Positions 1 to 12,991 of a DNA stretch of 64,000 bases are shown here, in pieces (positions within the stretch are counted from its first letter, which is position 1; each line of letters opens with the position of its first letter). A program made the translations under genes and the position numbers. The notes below the pieces were generated by a model. It was not told where the DNA came from, did not search any database, and worked only from the letters and a program-made list of their open reading frames with translations. This DNA is from Protoeuglena noctilucae (Eukaryota), in assembly GCA_958009085.1 (NCBI GenBank), contig OY253684.1, positions 682,001 through 746,000 of the forward strand, written 5' to 3'.

Positions 1-1206
1 ACGACTTTCTTGCACCGCTCCACGGTTTCCCGCAGAAATGGGAGGGCCAGGATGGTGTCCAGCGACGGTCGCCTCTGCGGGGGCGGTATGAGGGCGGTTG
101 CGCCGCCGTCGAGCCACGCGGCAGCGCAGTGACCACGCTTAGAAAACGCACCTCCGGGTCGCGCTCGAGCATCGAGGATATCAAGTCCTGGAGGTCTGCC
201 GAGTACTTGCTCCCAATGGGTCGCGTCTGGCCATGCAGGATCATGTTCATGAGCGTGTGCAAGTCCGAGGCTTCAAATGGGTGAGTCCTGCGAAGATCAA
301 GCCGACCATGACGGTCGCCTGTAGCGCGGGCGCCTTCCACGGCAAGGCTACGGCGACACAGTGGCCGTCAACGAAACGGATGCAGCGTGGAGGTCCCCCT
401 GCGACGCACCTGGTGGTCATCTCGTACAGCACGCATCCCAGGGACCAGACGTCCGACTTGAAGTCGTAAGGGCGCGACTGGATGATCTCGGGCGACATGT
501 AGTACGGCGTCCCAATGACGGTCTGGGCCAGTTCCTCCGGCGATGTGAGGACCCGCGCAATGCCGAAGTCGCCGAGCTTCACGTCGCCGTCCTTCGTCAA
601 GAAGATGTTCTGCGGTGGCGGACGCAGCCCGGTTCGATGCGGGAATGCGCCGCAGACACCTCTCGCATTGCAGACCGCGCAGCACCTGCGTCTTCAGGTC
701 TCGGTGCAGGACGTTGCGGTCGTGGACGTATTTGATGGCGAGGCAGATCTGGGCGAACCAGTCGAGGACCTGCTCCTCCGGGAGCGGCTCGGTTTGCTTC
801 TTGAGCAGGTGGCACAAGTCCCCCGCCTCGCAGAACTCCGTGACGATGCAGAGCTTGCCCTTGTGTTCGAAGCTGTCCACGTAGCCCAGAATGAGAGGGT
901 GGTCCAGCTCCGACAGCAGCTTGACCTCCTGGTGCGCGGCGGCCTGCTGCTTGGGCGCCATCGCGCTGAGCTCCACCTTCTTGAGGACATACCGGCGACC
1001 ATCATCGCTCTGCGCTCGGCGGGGGAACGATAAGAGTGCCAAGCGTCACGCGAGAGCGGCGAGGGGACCGGCAAGGCCCCGGGGACGCGGCGCGGTCCGC
1101 GCTTCGCACGCGATGCCACTTCGGTCCCGCCCCGCGTCACCTGGACCAGGTAAGCCGTCCCGCACGTCCCGGTGCCTATCTTGAGAATCACGCTGTACTT
1201 GTCCAT
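1..1206 (-). CDS. NIMA-related (NEK) Ser/Thr kinase, 3' end outside window; exons ~1206-1141, 1009-686, 609-410, 287-152, 74-<1
   Basis: Spliced protein [21 protein letters not shown]...YVLKK...[28 protein letters not shown]...[13 protein letters not shown]...[14 protein letters not shown]...HPFEA; GT-AG introns keep the frame. Confidence 0.93.
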
Positions 1207-1526
1207 CGCCGTTCACGACGCTTTCGCCCGAGTCACGGCATACTGGAAAGAACGCTGGGTCCACGGTTGACGCGGGGCGCCTCCCTTCTCACCAGCGCTA
1301 TGTATCGTTCCTGGAAAACGATGAGACGTGAGTGCCTAAACGACGGCCCAACAGGTGTCAGGACCCGACACCGCGCGGGTCAAAATCACGCTGCAGGACC
1401 AAAGTTGGTGCTGGCTTCGCGCATGGTGGTGCGCATTCGGTCCCTGTTGCAGTCCCCGCGCTCTTGGTGGCGACCTCACGTCTCGGGCGAGCAGAGTTTC
1501 TTTTGGAGAGCGTCGCTACGCTGCCA

Positions 1527-2127
1527 ATGACGTCCGAGGCGTCCGTGCTCGAGATACACCGGAGAGAGTTGTTGACGGCTATCAAGCATCTCGAGGTGAG
1601 CGTGCGTGGCTGCGCTCGTGGGCTGCTCGGTCCTCTCCGACGCTGGACGCCGCAGTCATTTGGCCGACGCGGCACGCATGGACGTTGCCAGCGTCAGGGA
1701 GAGCTGTTCGCATCTCGAGACTTGCCTAAAACGCGACAAACCCCCCAATCCGCCGCAGCGCTCGATTCGGGAGCTCCAGGAGGCCGCCGCGACGGACCCT
1801 GACCCCGAGTTCCGCGACGCCATCAGCGAGAACATTGTTGCGATTGCGAGGAAGAAGGCGCAGGTGGAGGCGCTCGACGAGGAGATTGCGCGCTCCCGGG
1901 GGGACCTCCCGAGCCCCTCCGTGGCACCGGCTGCCAGCCTCCCCGTCCCAGGGGGGCCGCCACCTCCACAGCTGCCTCCCGAGGTCTTCGAGTTCATTCC
2001 CGCCCGCTCTTCCCGGCAGCCTGCGCCGGTGGCACGCCCTCAGGAGCAGGAGCACGCTCAGGAGCAGGGGCAGGAGCAGGACCAGCCGATGCACGACGCA
2101 GCAGCGGCACCCGGCTTATACCTCTGA
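1527..2127 (+). CDS. Small coiled-coil hypothetical protein (2 exons: 1527-1595, 1759-2127)
   Basis: MTSEASVLEIHRRELLTAIKHLE|RSIRELQEAAATDPDPEFRDAISENIVAIARKKAQVEALDEEI...PGLYL*; clean phase-0 GTGAGC..CCGCAG intron; resembles a small eukaryotic family ending in G-x-Y-L (recollection, not searched). Confidence 0.75.
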
Positions 2128-2175
2128 CGACCTGGACCTTGGCCGCTCCGCCCCTCTCCGCCCGTCTGCGCCACC

Positions 2176-3663
2176 ATGTCGCAGGAGCTCGTCAACCTCG
2201 GGGCAGCCACTCGGTCGCAGCGGCCGTCGTTCTTCGAGCTCCTGGCCGCCGAACGCCTGACCGCCGCGGTCCAGGCAGCCATCAGCTACTCCCTCGGTGA
2301 GTCTCGCTGCTGTCTGTTCGCGCCCGATGACCTGCCGTGCGGTAATTGCTGAGCTCCGACGCGCGCCGTGGCCCCTGCAGCATCGGCCGGGTCCCGCACG
2401 CGCCTGGGGCAGATGCTGTCCGAGGGGGCGCCCGAGCTGACCTGCCTCGCCATGCTCATCATCAATCGACAGGCCCTCATCCAGAACGACTGCTCTTTTG
2501 CGGAGCTGCTCTACGGGCTGCACCGCGTGGCCCCTGCTCGTCCACGCCCGGGGGTGGAGCCGAGAAGGGAGCCTCCCGGCGTGCCTGCCCCTCTCCAGCG
2601 CCCGCTGTCGTCGCCCGTCCGAGAAATGGAGCCGGCCCAGCGCGCCGCTGCCCTGCTGGTCCTCGTCTATGCGCCGTACGTCCGGTCCAAGCTCGACGAG
2701 CTCCACCAGACGCTGTCCCAAGACCGAGACATCGAGCGGATGCTGCCTGAGGCCCAGCGGAGGGCACTGCAGCCGCAGAGCTTGGCGGGGCGAGCCGCGA
2801 AGCTCGCGAAGGAGGCCTTCGTGGCATGCTATCCGGTGCGTGCGGGGTGAAGAGGACTGGCGTAAATGTGTGCGTTCCTGTGCATTATGCTTTGCAGCTT
2901 TCAGTGCGGGAAACTCCTTCCTGTGGAACGCACGAGTTTTTTCTCGCCCCCGCAGGTCGCCAAGACGGCGCTCGACGCCCTTCGCCTGGCCTACCAGCTG
3001 GCGTACTTGTTGGACCTTACAGACTGGTGGTCCCCGGAGCTGCATGCGATGGGTCTCGTGGTCAAACGCACGACTCAGGACGAGGCCAAGAACCTGCGGG
3101 ACAGGCTGGAGGGCCACAGGCAGACGCTCCTCGATTCGTGGGGCGGCGACCCCGCGCAGGGACCCGCAGCCGCCCTCCGCCGCGTCCTGCTGCGCGCCAC
3201 CTTCCTAACGTCCGACTGGGCCCGATCGGGCGTCGCGCTCGCCGTGTTCGGCTTCAAGCTGCTGGAGTGGTGGTACACGACGGGGGAGGAGCAGCTGCCA
3301 CACCGCAAGACCCCCGTGCCGCCGCCCCCGCCAGGACCTCCCCCTCCCAGGCGAGTCATCCGTGCCCACCGCTTTCAAGCCCACCTGCTGCGCCGAGCTA
3401 CCTGGCGCGCCGCTGTGTCTGACGCACCCGTGAAACGCCAGCACCTGTCTGGTCGTCGCAGCCAGTGGGGCGTGGGTGTCCCGAAGGACCCGTCGCTCTG
3501 CCCGCTGTGCAAGGGTGCGAGGGCGAACAGCGCGGTCCTGACAGTTTCTGGCTACGTCTTCTGTGAGGCATGCATCGCCAGGCACGTGGCCCGGACGGGA
3601 CGCTGCCCGGTGACCCTCATCCCGGCCAGGGCGGGCCACGTCCGCAAGCTCTTCCTCGAATAG
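2176..3663 (+). CDS. PEX12: Peroxin-12, RING-finger peroxisome biogenesis protein
   Basis: N-terminal RPSFFELLAAERL, SFAELLYGL, FKLLEWWY, PPPPP, and C-terminal degenerate RING CPLC...SGYVFCEACI...CPVT...RKLF. Confidence 0.92.
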
Positions 3664-3763
3664 CGCATGCTATGATCGGCTTGCCCCAGCTTGACGTGCG
3701 GGCTAGGCTACAGCTGCTTGCAGACACATGCGTCAGTCGCTTTCAACGTTGTTGCGGTACCGG

Positions 3764-5317
3764 CTATGCCCTTCTGAGCCTGTCGACCGCGATGACAGCA
3801 TCCTCGTCCAACTGTTGGGGAATGCGGATGCAGACGACGAACACGTGGTCCCCCACCGTCACGCTTTGCTCGGACCTGCGTTCATTCGACGCCCCACAGC
3901 GGATGATGGCAGCACTTCAGGCGCGGCGCCGCTCGCGCTCGCTTTGGACTACGCAACGCCCGAATTACGACGGCTCGACCGGGCTTGCCCTCCAGCGCAG
4001 CACCCGAACTCACCGCTCCTCCACTCCCGCTCCCTTCACCGCCAATCGGTCGCCGTGCTGCGTGCCTGGTGGGACCGAGAGCACGCGCCACCCCGACATC
4101 GTCTCCACATGCGCCTCGCATCCGAGCAACGCGTCCCATACGGAGACTTCCAAAGGCGACTCGAGGTCACAGCCCTTCCGCGTGAGACCCGGCAACGTCC
4201 CCACCACGCTGGGCGCACGCGGACGACAAAAAGGCCTTGCCACCTTGCCACGCAGATGCGCGGCGTGTTTGATTGTATCTGTGCGCGGGCAGCATGCCTT
4301 ACCACTTCACATACAAATCGCCGGCCGTTCCTCCGGCCACACCCTCGTGCCCCATGCCCCGGACGCGCACCCACGACCCCGGTGCCACCCCAGGGGGCAC
4401 CATGACCTGCATCGTCCTCATCTCCACGACCCTACCGCCACCCTGGCACCCCTGCGACGCCAAGGGCCCGCCGGATATGCATGTAACGTTGCGTGCCACC
4501 ACGTGTCTCGCCCGCCATTCCCAGCAAGCAGCGTGCGCCCAAGTCACCTTGCAGTCCTCCACGATGAAGGACCCCGCGCCGGAGCAGCCGGGGCAGGACT
4601 GCCACCTTCCCTCCCTCGGGGCCTGGCAAGGCGCACTCGATAAGGCAGGCTCTTGCGAAACCGAGGGGGCGGTGGCGCTGTAGAATGGGCTCGACGGGTA
4701 CACGAGGGCGCGGCCGGAACCCCCGCAGATGCCGCAGAGCTCGAGGCCTTGCCCCAGAGATGCGCCCACGCCGTCGCAGGACGGGCAAGCTGCCAGGCGA
4801 TCGTACGAGACCGCCAGGGACGCGCCCCGTAGGCTCTGCACGAGACCCATATGCACCACTGTGCGAACGTCGCCGCCGCGCTCCGGGCGGTCCCGCGGCT
4901 TGCGCGCACGTTGATGCGGCGAGTCTCGGGACCACGTGGCATCTACACGTAGCGACTTCGCGCGGCCCCGGCCGATCCAGTCGACGCACGGTCCTATTCC
5001 TCGCGTCCACGTCCTGGGCGACCGCCGCATCACCGGGTGTCGGCACGAGCACGAACACGCTGCGACCACCCACTGCCGGTCCAGTGCCGCCCCAGTGCCC
5101 TTGCCAGCCTCCGACCGCACCGACACCCAGGGCGAAGGCGCTACCATGGAAAGCGCTGCGCCACTCGCCCCTGGCAAATGGCCGCTGGGCTTGAGGATGC
5201 GAGAAAAGCTGGCTGGAACTCACCGGGCAAGCAACGCAATCGACAGGGGATCGCAGCGTGTGTGTTACTAGAGCTAAACATGCAGCGCGCTGTGCCAGCC
5301 GGTGTCTCAACATGCAT
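3764..5317 (-). CDS. DnaJ-like protein with zinc-finger and C-terminal domains but no recognisable J domain
   Basis: Four CxxCxGxG repeats (CPSCDGVG, CGICGGSG, CPGCSGAG, CK|GCQGGG) followed by VPPGV...GDLYV...DALLG...VPPGTQHGDRL...GDHVFVV; no HPD seen; start codon uncertain. Confidence 0.8.
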
Positions 5318-5521
5318 TGCGAGAAGTGCGACAGGGTGTTTCCGCTGGCGTGCCGGCGAAACCACCATTTGACGTGCTTGCCTAAGACACGGGGCTACGC
5401 ATCTGACGAGAAAATCATCCGCGGAGAGGGACGCGAAACGCTCGGTGCTGTGAGAGGGGATTGGGCCGTCGCGTGGCCGAGGCAGTCTGCGAGTCTGGGA
5501 CCCACAGTCGGGCTCAACTCA

Positions 5522-6909
5522 ATGGCCTTGGTGGCAGGGCCAGCCGAGCTGCTGGCATACGTCAGGTGCCCATTGCATCCCGTGCTCATAGCGACGGCTG
5601 GAGGCGGAGGATCAGGGGCTCCATGGGGCGCTGCGAGCTTCGCGCCTGCTGTGCACGGTAAGGCCCGCGGCTCCCGAGGAGCCCGGCGAACCGCCGACGC
5701 CAACGCCCCGCAGGACTCCCGAGAATGAGAGGAAGGTGACGGAGCCCCTCCGCGGGGTGCTGATCGAGGTGGCGAATCGGGGCGTCATCCGGCACCCGTG
5801 GGTCCTCATGAAGGTCCTCGTGCGCGACATGGTGTGCCAGGCGCTGCGATCCTTCGTGGATTCGGGGGCGGGCGACGAGGAGATGGTCGGGCCGAGCTCA
5901 TCGTGGCACGTCGAGGAGTCCATTCGCCGCATCTCGGCGCTCTTGGACGACACGCAGGATGAGGCGCCCTACACGCTGCAGCGTCTCTGGTGAGCGGCCG
6001 GCCCGGGCGCCATGCCGACGTCGGAGCTGTCATGCGAGCCGGGCGATGTGATACGAATTGGACCTGCCGTGGCCCACGCAGCGAGCTCGTCCTGGAGCCC
6101 CGCAAGCAGTACAAGCGGCTGCACAAGCTGGCCTATGCGGTCGAGAAGCTCCTCTGCGTGACGACGACGGTCCCGCACGCCCGCAATCCACCCGAGAGAC
6201 CTACCGTTGCCTCGCTGGGCGCCGTCAACGATCCGCACCTGGCAGCCAACGGTGAAGGGCCGTCCGCCAACGGGGGTATCAAGGGCATCAGATCCAGCCC
6301 TCGAAAGGTGCGGCTGTGTCCCGTCCGCGCGCACTTCTCGTCCCGTAGCCCACAAAAGACTGCACAGCCGTGCGCTGGTGGTCCCTTCACCGCCTTCTCT
6401 TGTGTCACCCGCAGGAGTCTTCCCACCACGACATGGGGCTGGCGGGAATCGCTCTCCAGGCGCCCGACACGGTGGACATCGGGCCTCATCGGGACGAACT
6501 TCTGCAGCAGGCCGCCAAGCGTGCCCGCAGCCTCTCCCCTCCGGCATCCCCACGCGGCAGCTCGCCCGCCCGTCACGTGTCTACGTCCCCGAGCCCACCA
6601 AGGCGAGTCCCGAGTCGCGCGCACGTCCGCGTTGCGTGCTGTCGACTGCCCGGACTCAGGCCGCAGTGCGGCTCCTGCAGGAATCTGAGCCCTGGGAGGG
6701 AGTCGCCCGGCAGGGAGATGGGGCATGCACGGCACATTAACGGGCCCAGCCACCCGAGGCGGGAAGGGGTGGTGGAGGCAGGCCAACCCACGCCGGGGCG
6801 CGTGTCGGGGGCGAACGGGGCACCCTCCCAGGACAGGGGTCCCTACGTGCCGGCAGAGGGCGGCGGCACGTGGGTGCAGCCGGGCGGTGGTGGCAGCGGC
6901 GGCACCTGA
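5522..6909 (+). CDS. PP4R2: Protein phosphatase 4 regulatory subunit 2-like
   Basis: Spliced EAPYTLQRLCELVLEPRKQYKRLHKLAYAVEKLLCVTTT matches the PPP4R2 signature; low-complexity C-terminus. Confidence 0.85.
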
Positions 6910-7186
6910 GGGCAGTGGCAATTGGCTGCGCTTGCTTTGACACAACATATTGTTGAAGCGTTTCTTGCACACTTGCTCGCGCTCGTCAGAATTGTGGCCT
7001 TTGAGTTGCTCCGCTCATCCATGGGCATCGCTGGGCAAGTTTGACACACTTGGCACCGCGGAGAACATCACATCGCGCCGCCCTCCATCTCACACTGCCC
7101 TGGAGCCCGAGTCCCTTGCAACTTGCTTGTCCCGTCACACGAGTCGCTGATATCGCCCATCCAGACGCCTCTTGGCTTTGCGATGC

Positions 7187-7191
7187 TGTAA
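7187..7191 (+). promoter_or_regulatory. Chlorophyte-type polyadenylation signal TGTAA
   Basis: TGTAA downstream of the PP4R2 stop. The motif also overlaps the stops of RBM39 (26838-26842, +) and the epimerase (36873-36877, -), and lies at 58212-58216 (-). Confidence 0.5.
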
Positions 7192-7374
7192 ATGATCGAC
7201 TGTGGAAGCTGGCGGATGTGAGGTGCGATGGGCGCTGTGCAGCAGCCATTTCAAAGACACGGAGCCACCGTCCTTCGTCTCCGGCGCGTCTGCCGCATTT
7301 TCAAGTGCTCTGATACCGCGCATTCTCTGTCGTCATGAGCTGCAGGCCACCACCGCGGTGGTAGAGGGGCGGGC

Positions 7375-9004
7375 ATGGCCAATGCGGGGGGACATCAGGG
7401 GAACGTGCCAGCCCCTGGGAGCCTGGGCGACCAGGCCATTGCGCGGGCTTTGCAGCCAGTGCCGGTGTACCTGAAGGAGTTCATGGCCGGTGCGCTCACG
7501 GGGGCTTTTGGGAAGACCATCGTGGCACCGCTCGAGCGACTGAAGATCCTCTACCAGGTGCGAAAAGGGCCCTCGAACGTGCGAACGGCGTCTGCGCGTG
7601 CATATAAGCGCAGAGAGACGCACGCATACATGTTTCCTACCGCCGGAGATCAGCGCAGTCCCCATCAATTGCCCGCAGACGGGGCGCTTTCGCCAGGTAC
7701 CCACGCTCCGGGCCCTGGCGGAGATTTACCGGCTGGAGGGGGTCCGTGGCCTCTTCAAGGGCAACACGGCGGCTGTGGCGCGCATCGCGCCGTACTCGGC
7801 CATCCACTTCGGGGCTTTCGAGGTGTACCGCCGCGCCCTGTCGGGGGCCGTGGGCGCCGCTCAGACCGCCTGGGGCCGCGCGCATGGCGTGGCGCCGAGC
7901 TCGCTCGCGCCCGCCCAGGCCAAGTCCCGCACTCGCCACGCGGCTGTCGACCTCGCCGCGGGGTCGGCCGCCGGCGCCACAGCGGTGCTGGCCACCTACC
8001 CCCTGGACCTCGTCCGCACCCGCCTCGCCTTCATCATCGAAGCCCAGGGAGCCTCCGCTGCGGCGGGCGTGCGCGTGAACCCGTCCACTCCGCGCGCGCC
8101 CCTCCTCGCCCCCGCCTCTCCGCCCACGGCCCAGGCGTCGCTGCCAGCGCAGCGCAAGACCATACGAGGAATGCTGCGCATCATCCTGGAGCGCGAGGGG
8201 GTCCGCGGCCTGTACCACGGCCTCGGGCCCACGATGCTGGGCATCCTGCCCTACACCGGCCTCAAGTTTTTGATCTACGAGGGCACCAAGCGCGAGTACC
8301 TGGCCCTCTATGGGGCGGCCTCCCCCGGCACCGCCCACGCTGCGGCGCGCCATGCTGACGCGGCAGGGGGGCCGGGCAGTCGTGGAGAGCGGGGCGTCGA
8401 TGGCGATGCACCCGTCTCGACTGGGGTGGTGAACCGGTGGGTGTCGGCGCTGTATGCGCGCATGTGGGCCGTGGACGGAGGCGTCCCAGTTCCCATGCTG
8501 CTGCTCTTCGGCGCAATCGCGGGCGTGGTGTCCCAGACGGTCACGTACCCTCTGGACGTGGTGCGGAGGCGCATGCAAGTGCAGAACTCTACGGCTGGGC
8601 GACTGCAGCGGTACAAGAGTCCCAAGGCGACGAGGCTTGTGCGCCCGATTGCGTTTGCTGACTAGCATTGTCTACATGCAAGCGCGTTCTGCTCAGGGTC
8701 AGCACTGTGGCGCAGTTTGGGTTGGATGTGTCTGCCACACGGACTGGCCTCAAAACTGCCTCTGGTGGTCCTTGCCCCGCAGAGCAACAGCCTGCAGTTC
8801 GACCTCGAAGACGGCCGCATGCGCTCGACGTGGCACGGTCTGCAGATGATCTACCGTCGATACGGAGTGCGTGCCCTGTTCAGCGGCCTGTGGGTCAACT
8901 ACATCAAGGTCGTCCCGTCCACCGCGATCGGTTTCGTCACTTACGACCTCGTCAAGGAGCTCCTCGGCGTGCCGCCCAAGCATCGCTCTAGCCATGATCC
9001 GTAA
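7375..9004 (+). CDS. Mitochondrial carrier family protein (CoA-carrier / SLC25A42-like)
   Basis: Three carrier signatures APLERLKILYQ, YPLDLVRTRL, YPLDVVRRRMQ; also FKGNTAAVARIAPYSAIHF and NYIKVVPSTAIGF. Confidence 0.9.
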
Positions 9005-9155
9005 TAGCTCCGCGCGCTCTTCACTGGCGCACAGCGCCTGGCCATGCCAACTTGGGCGAACGCCGGCCCAGGCCTGCAGAGCGACAGCATACCGTCGACA
9101 CGAGGTGCTGCGCTCTGACGGCATGTGTGCCTCCAACAGCACCTGAACTGGGCAA

Positions 9156-11149
9156 CTAGAAACCCCCTTGCAGGTACACATACACGGCCCCTGGCTCAGA
9201 CTCCTGCCACTTCCAGCCCACCTCCTGGAGGAAGCCTTGGACCCCTGCGCGCAACCAAGTCACATCAGTTGTCAGCTAGAACTGGCTGAATGTTACACAT
9301 CGCATCATGTCGACGTGCATCCAAGAACTCGCCTGCCGCAAGCCCCTCGCTGTGCCGGCCCTGCGTGTGGTGCTGCGTGCCCACGAGCAGCGTGATCCCC
9401 CGGAGACCCATCGCCTGTGCGGCGGGCAACTCGGAGCCGAGGATCTCCCGTGCCTCCGCCACGTGCAGCCCGTGCAGGTCCAGCGTAGGCGGAATCTCTG
9501 CGACAGACGACGAAGTCGCAAAGATGCTTCCGTGAAAATGTCTCTCCTGCACATCTACATCGCCGCGGGCCAGCCGCCGCGGACCTACGGGTGCATGGTG
9601 CACGCGGGTCGCCGCCCAGCCCGCGTTCCGCTTGCCGAACAGCGCCGTCGCCGCCTCTCGGTGCGCCTGGAACATCTGCTGCTCGATTGCGCGGGCCTGG
9701 TCGCTCAAGGACTGCGAAGGCAACGCAGCGGAGGGTGTTGGCCCTGCACGGGGCGGCTCTCTGTAGACGTCGCTCCCATGCACACCAAGCCCCGCACCTT
9801 TGCGGCTGCGCCGTCGCCCTGCTTGTAAGCGTTCTGGGCGGCATCGTACAACCGGTTGCGCTGGCTCGCCAGCTCTTTGGCCTTCTGCCGCTCCTTCTCG
9901 TAGTGGACGGCGACCGCGCGGCCCGTCTCCACCCACTGCGCGGGCGGGTCCGGCGGGCGGACCGGGCGGCCGGCGCCCGGCATGCCCGACATCATCCAGG
10001 GCGGCACAGGCTGGCCCGAAGGGCGAGGGCCCGCGGGCGCCGACGGCGGCGGGGCCGGAGCGGGCCGGGAGGCCATGTCCGCGAAGGATGTGCCCCATGG
10101 CCGGGCCGGGCCCGTGGCCATCGAGGGGGCGGCGCGGGGCATCAGGGGCGCGGAGACCGGGGCGGGAGGGGCGTCCGTGCGCCACGAATCCGGCATCGTG
10201 TCACCCAGGTGCGCAGGAGGGGCGCCCGCCATCGCCACGCCCAGCGCAGGGAAGTCCCCGGCCTGCGGCGGCGGGGGCCGCGCGCGGCTCCTGGCCGCGA
10301 CGGCCTGCCTCTGGCGGGCTGCGAGCGCCTGGGCCTGCTGCTCCAGGTTGGAGATGAGGGCGTGGGCCGCTGCGTCGTCGCCTCCCGTCAGGTCTAGCAC
10401 CTCCGCCAGCGCCGGTGCGGAGTAGGATGGGAACGCAGCGGCCAGCCGCGCAAACGCCTGCGGGCGCGGACTCGGTGCAAGCATGGCAACTGCACGGGGA
10501 GCCCGAAGCGGATACCGAGTGGCCTGGCAGCAACTCAGCGTCGTTCCGCACCTCGCCCCCTTGATATCCACCTTCTGCGTCCCATCCTTCCCAATACTCG
10601 TCGCCGCCGGGGCTCTCCTCTTCACCATACCCCTCGTATCCGGCATGAGCACCTCCGCCCCCGCCTGCCCCGCGCGCGGGCGCGGCCGTCGGCCCGCTCC
10701 ATAAAGTGGCCCCGGGATTGAGACCTCCCGGCTGCGTCGGACCGGGCCTGAAAGGTGCCCCGTGCGTCGAGGCCGACGCCCCTCCCGCGGAATCGAGGGG
10801 CACCTCCCAGTCGTCCTCCCGCAGCACGTCGTTCTCGCGGAACTCGTCCGTGTACGCGGCCTCATCCTGCACAAAGTCCTCCCACCACTCCTTCTGGCCT
10901 GCGGCGCGGGCGCGGCCCACTTGCCAACGTCACGGCGCAGCGACCGGTTCCGCGGCAGCGCCGCGCTCCCGCCGCCCGCCAGTGCTTCATAAAAGTGCAT
11001 CGGTATTCGCAGTATCGTCAGCAGACGCGACATGCGAAGATGCTGACGGAGGGGAACGGAGGGCTGCCCGAACAAATGGACCGCCTCCGGGGGGCACCTG
11101 TCGACGATCTCAGCGCGTCAGCGACTTCCTTCTCCCATTTCCCCTCCAT
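9156..11149 (-). CDS. Smr/DUF1771 domain protein with CUE-like region (CID7/N4BP2-like)
   Basis: WVETGRAVAVHYEKERQKA...AAQNAYKQGDGAAAK...LDLHGLHVAEA...LLVGTQHHTQG...VQGFLQEVGWKWQESEPGAVYVYL; CUE-like LAAAFPSYSAPALAEVL; start uncertain. Confidence 0.85.
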
Positions 11150-11380
11150 GCTTGCCACAGAGACGGCGCCGTGCCGGCGGAGAGCGATGCCCGGCTTATA
11201 TTCGATGTGCACAGTTGAAAGTCGTGCCGACTCCAAAGCACAGTCGTGCCAGCGGGCGCGGGATGCGCGGCCGTTGGCTTTGATGTACCCCAGTGCAGGT
11301 TGTGGCAGGGTCGAGGCGCAGCGGGGGAAGATCATGCTTCAAGCTGCAAGCTGGTTCCGACGTGGCTCTTCCAGCCACTG

Positions 11381-12589
11381 TCACTCTCCGTCTTGTTCCA
11401 TCTGATCCCCGTCCGCTTGCACTTCCGCCTGCGCCCACCAGCTGACCAGCCCCAAACCATCTCCGCAAATTTCCCCCACAACTCGCATGGGGACGTACGG
11501 GTTCGTCGCCGTCCCAACTGCGCCCGTGTTCCCCTCCAGCCGCGCCTGATGCAGCTCTAGAGGCGTGGGCCGGGGCAAGAATGTCACCTCCCGCACGCAC
11601 ACACGAATGGGCTCCCCGGCATCTGCGGCGCAGGGACCGTGGGGCTGTGTGCACATCGTTGGTGCCATGGTGGGACCGTTGGAGTAAAGAGAAAGCTTCG
11701 TCCACTCCAACCCGTTCGCTGCACTGTCTGCCGTGACATCAGTGCAAGCGGGTGGGGCATTTGACGCAGCAAAGCCCACGCAGCAAAGCAAGCGCAGGGA
11801 GTCTCACAGTCACACAGGGGCCGAGAGTCTGCCGGCCTCACCCATGAACATTTGCGTCCCGTCGAAGTCCCACCGCCACACCGACTGCCCCTGCTCCTGA
11901 TCGTCGACGTATGCGCTGGGCTGCTGCAGGAAATGCTCCGGGATGAACACGTCGTGGAAAAAGCCCAGCGAAACGTGCAACCCTTCCGGGACGCTCTGCG
12001 AAGACCGGGGTTGCCAAGGTGCAGCGAGCAGTGGCCATTACGCACGTGCAGCGTGCGCAAGTCACACCGGCTCGGCACAGTGTACACTGCATTCTGCCAC
12101 GGACCTTGGCTACCGTGCCCGTGATGACTTCGCCTTCTGCGGGCCTGAAGACCACCAGACGGAAGACCACCTGCGGCGAGAAGGGCAACACGAGACCGTC
12201 GGCCGGGCCAACGGCGCCTGACGAGGGATAGCAGTCCCCTCCGAGCTCAGAGGGCATCGAGCGGGCACCTGGAAGGTTGCAGACCCCTCGCTGTGGTATA
12301 TCTGCCCGTCCCCGATGGAAAGGATGTCGTAAAGCGTGATTACGAGACCCTGAAACGCGAGGGGACCGCGGAGGAAGGTGTAGCAGCGCCGGCAAGTTGC
12401 CGCGGCGCGCGCGGTTCGGCAGCAGAGCGAATCCGCTGCAGCCATCCGTCGCCAGCCACGCACCACGTCTGCGATGACTTTGTCGAGGTACAGCTTCTCC
12501 AGCACGGCGCTGATGGCCTGCGCCCGTGGCTTCCCCAGGTCCGACGGGTGCACTTTGATGTCGTCTTGAAGCTTGACCACCACAAACAT
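11381..12589 (-). CDS. RPC25: RNA polymerase III subunit RPC25/RPC8 (POLR3H)
   Basis: MFVVVKLQDDIKVHPSDL...YLDKVIADVGLVITLYDI...VFRLVVFRPAEGEVITG...GFFHDVFIP...PMRVVGEICGDGLGLVSWW. Confidence 0.93.
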
Positions 12590-12991
12590 GCTCCAGCGCT
12601 GACGGCCTAAGAATGCATGCCAGCGCCACTCAAAGCAGTCGCCGCGGAAAGGGACGCGAGAGACGGCAGGGGCAAGAGGGGCCTGGGGCGAGCCTGGGGG
12701 CTACGCGCACGCAGTCCGAGACATGGACTGGACATCAGCTAGCAATCGCGCATGCCCAGCCTCGATGATATGCACGCGCGCGCCTTCCAACAACTGGCGA
12801 AACGGCGTCAGTGACGGGGCCTCCCTCCGCGTCTCCCCCGTCTCCCCGCGTGGGCCACGGCCAGACCGCGCGCATTGCATCTAGTGCAGCGCATCCGGTT
12901 ACATCAGTAGGCGCGGGAGGCCTCGGTTGGTTGTTCCCGAGACCTGGGCCCGTGCTATGCGGCACGAAACGCTATTGTTTCTGCCGGCGAC

